Assembly: GCA_036171915.1 (NCBI GenBank)
Contig: JAVHRY010000138.1
Location: 2,890-66,889, forward strand
DNA length: 64,000 nucleotides
Source: Elusimicrobiales bacterium
GTDB lineage: Bacteria; Elusimicrobiota; Elusimicrobia; Elusimicrobiales; UBA9959
Reading direction: 5' to 3'
Part shown: piece after piece, positions 29,094 to 37,700 of the stretch
Layout of the letters: each line of letters begins with the position of its first letter
How positions within the stretch are numbered: position 1 is the first letter of the stretch
Position numbers and translations under genes: made by a program
Notes under the pieces: generated by a model
Seen by the model: the letters and a program-made list of their open reading frames with translations, nothing else
Databases searched by the model: none
What the model was told of the DNA's origin: nothing

Positions 29094-29906
29094 ATGAAAC
29101 CAGTTCTTATTATACTTGCTTTCATCCGCAGGGATTTCCTGGCGGAGCGCAGCTACAGGCTTTCTTTCGCGCTGGGCGCGCTGGCCACGCTCGCCAACCT
29201 GGCGGTCTTCTACTTTATCGGCAGGCTTTTCGGCGGCAGTCTGGCCGCGGGCCTGGCGCCTTTCGGCGCGGATTACTTCGCCTACGTTTTCACCGCCCTG
29301 GCTTTTTTCGGCTATATCGGCACCGGGGCGGGCTCTTACTCCGGGTGTTTGCGCCTGGAACAGACCCAGGGCACGCTCGAAGCGGCCCTCTCCACGCCGC
29401 TCGGCGTGCTGCCGCTGCTGGCCGCCATGTCGGCCTGGAATTTCCTGTCCGCCAGTTTTGAACTGATAATTTACGCGCTGGCGGGAATCTTTGTTTTCAA
29501 GGTGGACCTCTCCGCGGCTGACTGGCCGGCGGCGGGGCTGGTGTTCGTGCTGTCGGCGGCCTGTTTCGCGGCGCTCGGCATCATCTCTTCCTGTTTTGTA
29601 ATGCTGTTCAAGCGCGGCAACCCGGTAGCCTGGCTGCTTAACAACTTCGAGGGACTGCTGGGCGGGGTTTATTTCCCGGCGGCGGTACTGCCGGGCTGGC
29701 TGCTGGCTGTTTCGAACCTGCTGCCCGTCACCTACGCGGTGCGGTCTTTCCAGCTGGCCCTGCATAAAGGCGCGGGCCTGGCCGCCATCGGCCACGACCT
29801 GCTTATACTGACGATCTTCGACATTATCCTGATACCGGCCAGCGTCTGGTTCTTCTCGCTGGCAGTCAGGCGCGCCCGCCGCGCGGGCACGCTGGGCGAA
29901 TACTAA
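29094..29906 (+). CDS. ABC-2 type transporter permease
   Basis: 270 aa with six hydrophobic segments and an ABC-2-like organisation. It is the partner of the upstream ATPase. Confidence 0.7.
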   Translation: MKPVLIILAFIRRDFLAERSYRLSFALGALATLANLAVFYFIGRLFGGSLAAGLAPFGADYFAYVFTALAFFGYIGTGAGSYSGCLRLEQTQGTLEAALSTPLGVLPLLAAMSAWNFLSASFELIIYALAGIFVFKVDLSAADWPAAGLVFVLSAACFAALGIISSCFVMLFKRGNPVAWLLNNFEGLLGGVYFPAAVLPGWLLAVSNLLPVTYAVRSFQLALHKGAGLAAIGHDLLILTIFDIILIPASVWFFSLAVRRARRAGTLGEY

Positions 29907-29908
29907 CC

Positions 29909-31447
29909 TTATTTTACCGCGAAAACGTAATGCGAACTGAGCGGGGCTTTTGCCGAGAAGGGGCAGACCCCGGCCGCGCATTCGCCTTTTATCAGCTCCG
30001 CCTTACGCCAACCCCCGGAAACCCTGTAGAATAAATCCGTTTTTTTGTCCTTTACTTTTTCCTCCGGGAATTTAAAATTCAAATCCAGGCCGCCAGAAAC
30101 GCCGCCGAAGCCGGCGCCCAGCTGCAAGGCGTCAACCTGCGAGTAACCGGCAGGCAGGCCCGCGGCCAGACCCGCCGGGAGCGCGCCCTCTAGCACTTCC
30201 ACGGGGATATCCCCGCCACCGCGCTGGCGGGTCCTGAAAGCCAGCCGGACGGCGGCGGCCTGTTCGGAAACCGCCTCTACGGCGTAATCGATCCCGCGCG
30301 GGGAGATCTTAAGCGCTTTCTTTGACACGGTATAGTTAAAAAGGCTTGCCCCTTCCAGCTTGTCGGCGGCCGGAACGGATTGCTCCGGGCGCACCGGCTG
30401 GGCCGCCGCCGGCACCGGGAACCTGTAAGCCAGGGAAATGCGGTGGGTCACGCCGAGATCCCCGAACGGGGAAAAAGCGTAGTCGAAACTGAACTGGCTG
30501 TAAGCGAAACCAAGACCCGCCGAAAAACCGGAGAAGGCGCCCAACTCATTGCCGTGCTGACGGTAGCGGTAGCCAGCCCTGAGGAAAAGCCGGTTGGCCA
30601 GGGGGTGCTCGAGCCCGAGGGCCAGGGATGGATAATTATCCACGGGTTTATACAGGTCCAGGGCCAACAGAAGGCCCCTTTCATAAAGGCGGTGGCTCAA
30701 GCCGGCCCGGAAAACAAGCGGCAGGTCGAAGCGCCGGCTGTTGAATTTTACGCCGGGGCCCAGGTTCTGCACGGCGAAGCCGCCGGTGAACTGCCGGTCC
30801 AGCCAGGCGAAGTCGTACTGCGCCCCGAGGTCCAGCGCCGCGGTGTTCCCTGAGTCGTTGTCTATGCTCTGCCGGATAAATTTAAGGGCGGCGCCCAGCC
30901 GCAGGTCCCGGCTATAGTTGAACCCATAGGCCCCGGAAAAGGCCAGGTCGTAAGCGCCGAATTTGCCTTCCACCGGGGAGATGGCGCCGAAGGCCTCGTT
31001 GAGCCCGCTTCTGCGCTCAAGGTCACTGGGAGTAGAAAGGTAGTTGAACCCGAGGCCGAACCCGCCGTCCTCAAAACGGCTGCCTTTAAGAAATCCTATT
31101 TTCTCTCCCGGCAGGGTGAAGCCGAAATACTCCTGTTTCAAACCTTCGAAATAGTCGTTATGAGTGAAGGCCAGACCGGTACCAAGCGGCTGGGCAAGCC
31201 CCGCGGGGTTCCAGTATACGGCGTAAGCGTCGTCGGAGAGGGCGGCGTAGGCCCCGCCCATGGCCACAGCGCGCGCGCCCACTCCTATCTTAAGGAAGGA
31301 AGCCGAAGTGGTGCCGGCGGAAGGGTAGATACTGGCCGCGTGAGCCGGAAAGCGTAAAGCGCAAAGAGTAAAGAGCAGGAGCAGCGCCGGCAGCATACGG
31401 CGGCCGGAGCCCCCCCCTACTGTAAACCATCCTGTAACGCTTTTCAT
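29909..31447 (-). CDS. PorV/PorQ-family-like outer-membrane beta-barrel with a ~170-aa C-terminal extension
   Basis: I prefer the ATG at 31447 (AGGAGATGGtcttATG) over the TTG at 31504. It has a signal peptide (...LLLLFTLCALRFPAHA) and then GTTSASFLKIGVGARAVAMGGAYAALSDDAYAVYWNPAGLA, the same family block as ORF 5028. The barrel ends near ...RISLAYRF, followed by an extra domain. Confidence 0.7.
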   Translation of the reverse strand: MKSVTGWFTVGGGSGRRMLPALLLLFTLCALRFPAHAASIYPSAGTTSASFLKIGVGARAVAMGGAYAALSDDAYAVYWNPAGLAQPLGTGLAFTHNDYFEGLKQEYFGFTLPGEKIGFLKGSRFEDGGFGLGFNYLSTPSDLERRSGLNEAFGAISPVEGKFGAYDLAFSGAYGFNYSRDLRLGAALKFIRQSIDNDSGNTAALDLGAQYDFAWLDRQFTGGFAVQNLGPGVKFNSRRFDLPLVFRAGLSHRLYERGLLLALDLYKPVDNYPSLALGLEHPLANRLFLRAGYRYRQHGNELGAFSGFSAGLGFAYSQFSFDYAFSPFGDLGVTHRISLAYRFPVPAAAQPVRPEQSVPAADKLEGASLFNYTVSKKALKISPRGIDYAVEAVSEQAAAVRLAFRTRQRGGGDIPVEVLEGALPAGLAAGLPAGYSQVDALQLGAGFGGVSGGLDLNFKFPEEKVKDKKTDLFYRVSGGWRKAELIKGECAAGVCPFSAKAPLSSHYVFAVK

Positions 31448-31500
31448 AAGACCATCTCCTGCCTTGAAACTCTTCCCGCTTTGCCCCTTCCGGTTGACGC

Positions 31501-34500
31501 TCAATGTATTATCGCCAGTTTCTTCGTTACGGCCTTGGTGCCGGAGGCGCTCTTGGCCTCAAGGCGGTACACGTAAACTCCGCTGGCCACGTTTTTCACA
31601 TGCCAGCTTACCTCTGAAGTACCGCCGGCGTCGGCAAGGCCCACGGTTTTCTCAAGCCTGGCCACTTTTTCCCCGGCCACGTCATAGACGTCTATGGTCA
31701 CCGCGGCCTGGTAGTTCACCCTGAACTTGAAGGTGAGATAGTCGCCTTTCGCCGGGTTAGGATAGGTATAGACCTCTTCGGATTCGAATAAGGCTCCTGA
31801 AGGCACATAGCCCATCAGAGAATACGTGGAAAAATGGGCAACCTCGGCGCTTACCTTGCGCAGGCCCGGCAGCACCCGGGAGCTGGCGACTCGCGTCCAG
31901 CGCTGCCCCTCAAGCAGGTACATGCGCAGGCTTTCCTCCGGCATAGAGACGATTTCGGCCGGGGTATAAGGCAGGGAGATAACTGCGTTCTTGAGCAGGT
32001 GGGTTCCGGTTTTTTCAAACTTCACCTCATATATTATCCCGGTAGGCTTCGCCCCCCCGGTGTCCGCGCTGGCGCTCGCGGAAGTCCCGAAGAAGTCGGT
32101 CTTTTCCCTGCGCACGATGAGTATGCTGTCGCTATCGGAGGCGGCATCCGGGGGAATGCTTACCTCCGCCCCGTCCGGCAGCCTGTCCGTTCCACCGGTG
32201 GATTTATCGAGGAAACGCCAGTTGTCCGCGGAGATTCCCCAGGCCTCCGCCGTCATGGTCGACAGGTTGGTGCTGTCAAAAGCCGCCACGGCGTAGTAAA
32301 ACTTAAGGTTCTCCGGGGCGCCCGTATCCACATAGACCGCGGTACCGGCCGGGACCTCGGCATAAGGAGTCCCGGAGGCGGAAATGCCGGAGGAGGCGGA
32401 ACGGAATATTTTATATCCGTAGACGTCGCGCGCCCCCGCGTAGTCGTCAAAAGACAGTCCCCAGTTCAGCACCAGCGCCCCCCCGTGGTCGCCGGGTTTG
32501 TCGGAAACCACCAGGTCCGAAGGGGCGGCGGGCGGCATATAGTCGGGGGTAGCATAAGCGGAAACGGAGGAGGAAGCGGCGGAATAGCTGGGCTTCCCGT
32601 CGTCATAGGCCTCGACCATAAGATAATAGGTGACGCCGCCGAAAAGGCGGGAAACCGCCTCTCGCTCCGGAGTGCCGTACGGCCCCGCGACTGCGCGGCT
32701 GCTTTTCCAGACCCGCCCCGAAGCCCAAACCGAAGCGGAGTAGGTAGCGTAGCGTATCTCGTAGCCGGAGGCCGCCCCGACTATGCCGTCGTCGCCGGTG
32801 GCCGTCCAGGCCAGGTCCACGCTGCCCGCGGCCGCCCCGGGCGCGGCGGAGAGGCCGGTCACGGCCGCCGGGGGTATAATATCGGCGGACGGGTTATTAT
32901 CCGCAGAAACCGCGGAGGCCTGCCCGGAAAGGACCGACTCGCTGTAGCCGTCAAAGGCGCTCACGCCGTAGGTGAAGCGGGAGCCGGTAGCCGCGGCCGC
33001 GTCGAGATAGGTGAGGGACGGCGTGCTGACCTGCGCCAGGTAAGCAAGGCCGCCGCCGTAGGGCGCGCGGTAGACGCGGTAAGCCGTTACCCAGGCGGAA
33101 GGCGAGGCGGCCCAGTTAAGAAGTATCTTGTTGCCGCTGTCCCCCGGGTTATCGGCCGCGTTAAGCCCGGCAGGGGGCTGGGGGAGATGATTAACCCTTA
33201 CCACGTTCCTGGCCTCGGCCAGGTGTCCTGACGGCGAAGACTCCGTAGCCCTGAGGCGCAGGGTATAAAGCCCGTTCGGCAGATCCGACACTTTCCAGTT
33301 CCCAAGCGGCCCGCCTGAGATCTCAGAGACCGCGGGGCTGGAGAACACGAGGGTCCAGCCGCCGGGATTTTCTCCCGCCCCGTAATCCAGCGTATAACCG
33401 GTAAGGAAGGAATCGTCCTTAAGGGAGCCGCTGACGGGAACCGTCCCGTCGACCAGGCCATAGTTCCCCGGAGAGGATATAGCCGTTATGAACGCGGCCT
33501 TATACCCTATAATGCTGCCGCCCATTACCCCGACATAGACGAACCCGTTCGAAACCGCCGGAGAAGAATAGGCCGAGGAGGAGACCGGGATCTCCTGGAG
33601 CTGCGCCCCGGAAGAGCTTACGGCCACTACGCGGGCGTCCACCGTGCCAAGGTACATCACCTCGTTGGCCATGGCTGGCGAAGAAACCAGGCCGAATGAA
33701 ACGGTATTACCGGCAGTAGGAGAGCTGAAAATCAGGTCGTCCATAGAAGAGGGGTCGAAAGCGTAGATGGTATGCGGCAGCGAACCGGCGCCGGCGAAGA
33801 CGGCATAGGGCGAAACTACCGGAGAGGTAACCTCGTTCTCGCTGGCCCTCGGGTTAGAATATATATCCAGGATCTTGGCAAAAGGGGAACTGGCGGCGGC
33901 CAGGGAACCGTCCGAAGAGAGCAGGCGCAGGATCTTGCGCTCGTCGTGTCCGGGCAGGGCGTAAAGGGACCCGCCAAGGACCGCGGCAGCGTTGGGACCA
34001 AAACTGCCTATCGTCTGAGAATAACCCGGAGTTCCCCACCGGTCCTTCCCGCTGACCGCGTCCACGGCGTAAAGCCTGCCGTCGTTAGAGCCGAAATAGA
34101 TATATACGCCGTCGGTGGAGGGAGCGGATTCCACGGGCTGGGCGGCCTGCTTTTCCCAGAGCAGCGCGCCGGTGGCGGCGCTGAAAGCCCTGAGCTTTTT
34201 AACCGGGGCGCCGCAGCCCGCGTAAACGCGCCCGTTAAAAGCCAGCGGGCTTGAAGCCGAGGGCGCGCCGAGTTCGGCCTGCCAGAGCAGGGCCCCGGTG
34301 AGCCGGTTAAAAGCGTAAAGCCTGGAATCACGGCCGGCCGCGAAAACGCGGTCCTCTAAAACCGCGGGAGAGGCGTCCACCCAGCCGTCGGTAGAGTAAT
34401 CCCAGATCAGTTCCCCGGTGAGGGCGTTCAGCGCGTAAATGCTGCCTGAGCGGGCGGTGGCATAAACTATCCCGCCATAAACCACCGGGCCGGACACCAC

Positions 34501-34716
34501 GTCGCCCTGAACCTGGAATTCCCATTTTTTTATAAGCGGCGGGTAAGCCTGCTCGTAAGTAAAACCCGTGCGCCCGGAGTTGCCGCGGAAGAGCGGCCAA
34601 TCCGCGGCGGCAGCCGGAAACAGGGAAGCGGAAAGCGGGAACAGTAAAAACAGGGCGGCCAGGACCGCCTGCCGGGCGGAATTACTAGTGTTATTTTTTA
34701 TCCGGTCTTTTTCCAT
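31501..34716 (-). CDS. secreted PQQ-like (BamB-type) beta-propeller / FN3 multi-domain protein with a T9SS-type CTD-like tail
   Basis: Start is set at ATG 34716 (GGAGAGttccgttATG), giving MEKDRIKNN...LFLLFPLSASLFPAAAA. The longer ORF start at 34899 would overlap the giant gene. PQQ-like blades are present (GSIYALNALTGELIWDY, SRLYAFNRLTGALLWQ, GRLYAVDAVSGKDRW), along with several FN3-like modules (...VTAYRVYRA..., ...YEIRYAT..., ...YKIFRS...). Confidence 0.85.
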   Translation of the reverse strand: MEKDRIKNNTSNSARQAVLAALFLLFPLSASLFPAAAADWPLFRGNSGRTGFTYEQAYPPLIKKWEFQVQGDVVSGPVVYGGIVYATARSGSIYALNALTGELIWDYSTDGWVDASPAVLEDRVFAAGRDSRLYAFNRLTGALLWQAELGAPSASSPLAFNGRVYAGCGAPVKKLRAFSAATGALLWEKQAAQPVESAPSTDGVYIYFGSNDGRLYAVDAVSGKDRWGTPGYSQTIGSFGPNAAAVLGGSLYALPGHDERKILRLLSSDGSLAAASSPFAKILDIYSNPRASENEVTSPVVSPYAVFAGAGSLPHTIYAFDPSSMDDLIFSSPTAGNTVSFGLVSSPAMANEVMYLGTVDARVVAVSSSGAQLQEIPVSSSAYSSPAVSNGFVYVGVMGGSIIGYKAAFITAISSPGNYGLVDGTVPVSGSLKDDSFLTGYTLDYGAGENPGGWTLVFSSPAVSEISGGPLGNWKVSDLPNGLYTLRLRATESSPSGHLAEARNVVRVNHLPQPPAGLNAADNPGDSGNKILLNWAASPSAWVTAYRVYRAPYGGGLAYLAQVSTPSLTYLDAAAATGSRFTYGVSAFDGYSESVLSGQASAVSADNNPSADIIPPAAVTGLSAAPGAAAGSVDLAWTATGDDGIVGAASGYEIRYATYSASVWASGRVWKSSRAVAGPYGTPEREAVSRLFGGVTYYLMVEAYDDGKPSYSAASSSVSAYATPDYMPPAAPSDLVVSDKPGDHGGALVLNWGLSFDDYAGARDVYGYKIFRSASSGISASGTPYAEVPAGTAVYVDTGAPENLKFYYAVAAFDSTNLSTMTAEAWGISADNWRFLDKSTGGTDRLPDGAEVSIPPDAASDSDSILIVRREKTDFFGTSASASADTGGAKPTGIIYEVKFEKTGTHLLKNAVISLPYTPAEIVSMPEESLRMYLLEGQRWTRVASSRVLPGLRKVSAEVAHFSTYSLMGYVPSGALFESEEVYTYPNPAKGDYLTFKFRVNYQAAVTIDVYDVAGEKVARLEKTVGLADAGGTSEVSWHVKNVASGVYVYRLEAKSASGTKAVTKKLAIIH
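31504..31775 (-). other. C-terminal T9SS-type sorting-domain-like tail of the PQQ/FN3 protein
   Basis: VYTYPNPAKGDYLTFKFRVNYQAAVTIDVYDVAGEKVARLEKTVGLADAGGTSEVSWHVKNVASGVYVYRLEAKSASGTKAVTKKLAIIH has the same pattern as the tail at 4735..4998. Confidence 0.55.
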
Positions 34717-34778
34717 AACGGAACTCTCCGAGCTTAAAGCTCTTCTACGCTCCCCGCTTCCTGCCCTGCGTCTTCTGT

Positions 34779-37700
34779 TCAAGGGCCGATGTACAAAACG
34801 TATGTCTTGCCGTCCCCGGAACCGACCATCAGAGTAAAGGTGGTGAAAGGGTCTATAACCAGGTCCGCGCGCACAGGGCCGCCGGTAGCCACCGGCCAAC
34901 CGTCGCGCAACTGGCCGGTATTGGCGTCCACGGCGTAAATATTGCCGTCATCGCAGCCGAAGTACGCGTAATCCTGCCAGACCCCGGCGATCATGCCGGA
35001 ACTAACGACCACCGGTGAAGACCTTATGGCCCCGCCGGCGCGGAAAAGAAGCCCGCCGGTTCCCGAAGACGCATTCACTTTGTAAAGTCCGCCGGCGTCG
35101 TTGCCGAAGAACACGTACGTGTTCCCGTCGGCGAGAGCCGAGAGGAACGGCGACGTGCGGATAGGCGCACCGGAATTAAAATCCGACCAGTGCGGGGGCA
35201 GCGTCGTAAGGTTGGCCGAGGTCCTGGCGTAGAGCTTTTTGTCCGTAGAGGTGACATACAGGTTGTTCCCGCCCAGGTAGGCCGCCTCCGCGTACGGCGA
35301 GGACTGGATGGCCCCGCCTGTCTGCAAAGTGCTAGTCACAACGCCGTCCGAAGTCCTGAAGCGCAAGACATTACCGTCCATAAGGCCCGCCCAGGAAGCG
35401 TTCACGCCCGGGGTACGGTCGTCCAGCGCCAGCGTGCCGGAAACGGCGGCCGTGAACCCGGCGTCGTAAGTCCAGCCGGCGCAGTCGGAGCCGTCGCCTT
35501 TATTAAGACAGTAGACCCTGGCATCGGAAGCGCCGAGGTAGAGTTTATCTCCCGAATCCACCAGGTTTGAATCCACCGGCACGCCGAGCTGCCGCTTCCA
35601 GACCTGCTGGGCGGAGAAATTATTGTCGCGCAGTTTGTAGACGTCGCCGTTGCCGGCGGCAAAATACAGGTAGACGCCGGCGGACTCCACCAGCATCAGG
35701 GGACTGGTTTTAACAGGCGCCAGCGGGGAAGTCTTGAAAGTCCACTTGGGGTTGCCGGCGGCCGTCACGGCGCGCAGGTTCCCGTCGAGCGCGGCGATAT
35801 ACACCGAGGGCGTTATAGAAGGCGCCCCGTCTCCGTCGTAGTAATCAAGCAGAGAAACTATCCCGGCCTGCGCCCCAGCGTCATAAGGCCACGAAGTGCC
35901 CGCCGGCGGCGCCGCCGGCACTATAATGGTGGTGGAATCAGTCTGCACGGCCGCGCCGTAGGCGAAAGCCTGCGGCTCCGCGCTGGGCGAGTCGCGCAGG
36001 ACCACGCCGGCCGCGGGATCCAGACTTACCCGGAAAGTGTTCGGGGCCTGGGTGGAGGCGTACTGCGCGGCCTCAAAAACCACATAGTAGGCGGCGGTGG
36101 AAGCGGCCTGGGTCTGCGCGGCGGCGGGCACGGCTACGGACAAGGTCAGCGCGCCGGACCCGTCCAGCGTTATATCCGGGTTCTGCAGAGAAACGGCCAC
36201 CTGCTCGTCGATGCCGGATTCGTAAACTCCGCTCAAGCCCACGGCTGAATCCTTCACTAGGGAAATGCTCCGGAACAGGTTCCTGGCCTCTGCGGTGCTG
36301 AGAGGGGCAATAAGGTCGGCGCTGGAGATCCGGACCGTGATGCTGGCAAGTTCGACCGAATTGTAGCCGGCCGGGCTGTTGTTCTGCACGTCCAGCCGCA
36401 CCACGGCCGCCGCCGCCTGCTCGCCGAGGCGCTGCGGCGCCGCTGCCGCGGCGTTGACCGCGTGGACGGAGGCATCGTAGGTGAGGCCCGCGCGCTCTGT
36501 CTGCCGGGCGGAAACGGATCCCGTGTCGCTGTTCAATATCAGTTTATATAAGGCGCCGTTCACGAGCGGCCTGCCATCCTGGTCCTGGAAAGACATACCG
36601 TACTGTGAAGTGGCCTGCTCGGCCATTGTATCGGCCAGGTTGAAGCCGATGTTTTCCAACCTGTAGATATGCGGGGAATAAGGGTCGGCCGTACCGCCGG
36701 TGCGCGTAAAGACCATATTATTCCCGGTACCCCAGGTAGACGCGGCCCCGAGGGTCAGGCGCAGCGGGAAGCGCGCCGGCAGTATCTGGGAGGCGGCGGG
36801 GTAAGAGAGGGCGTTCGCCGCGGCCAGGCCCGCGCCGTTATTGCGCGAGGCCGGGGTGGAGGAGGCCTCTACCGCGAAATCGGCGGAATTATAGCCGGTA
36901 TCGGAACCTTCCGCCGGAGTTCTGCCTATGGAGTAGGAGGCGTTGGCCGGCGCCCAGTCCGCGGCGCTGACCAGGGCGGCTTTATAATCGCGCAGGGAAT
37001 AGGCGGCCCCCGATTGCCAGACCACGCGGTCCACCGCCTGACCGGCGGCGTTTTCCAGCACCACGAAGTCCCCGGCGGCGGACAGGCCGGACGGACCGAA
37101 CACGGAAGCGTACGGCAGCGCCTCGTCGCTTACCGCCGACTGGTCGATGAGCGCGTAAGAGCCGGCGTAGATCTTGCGGGTGAAACGGAACCTCCCGTTA
37201 TAAGAACCGCGCAGGGAATAACCGGCAAGCGTAGGCGAGGAGGTCCCCTTGTTATAGAGTTCGATAAACTGCCCGGCCGGCGCGCCGTAGGAAATTTCAT
37301 TTATCTTCACGGGGTCCGTGGCTATAGCGTTGGCGTAGCCCGGAGTTGGCGTCGGGTCGGCGTCGAAATAATCGGCGTTGCCGTCCGTTATCCTGGCGAA
37401 AGACCTGCCGGAGGACAGCGCCGGCCACTGCACGCGGTCCACCACGTTGCCGCCAGCGTCCTTAAGTATCACGTGGTAGCTCTGCGCGCCGTTCAGGTTA
37501 TAGGACGGTACGATGAGGAAAGCAGCGTTGACGCTGCTCCTGTCCACCGCGGCCCCTGTCCAGGCCGTCACCTCAAGGCCGGGCAGAGCTATAGTCCCCT
37601 GATCGTAAACCAGCTTCCAGCCGGCCAGAGAGAAGGTAGAGGCGGTATTGTTGTATAGCTCTACCCAGTCGTCAGCGGCCGCAGCCCCGGACGGGTAAAC

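Noticed and set aside
34717-34899. The N-terminal extension of ORF 31501..34899 (MAGGYRRPCARGPGYRPF...) would overlap the last 40 codons of the giant gene.
   Set aside because: The extension is R/G/P-rich and lacks an RBS. The internal ATG at 34716 has GGAGAG upstream and is followed directly by a typical signal peptide.
35564-35574. GGTTTGAATCC resembles a tRNA T-arm/T-loop.
   Set aside because: No acceptor, D or anticodon arms can be drawn around it, and it lies in frame inside the giant CDS. I found no tRNA genes anywhere in the window.
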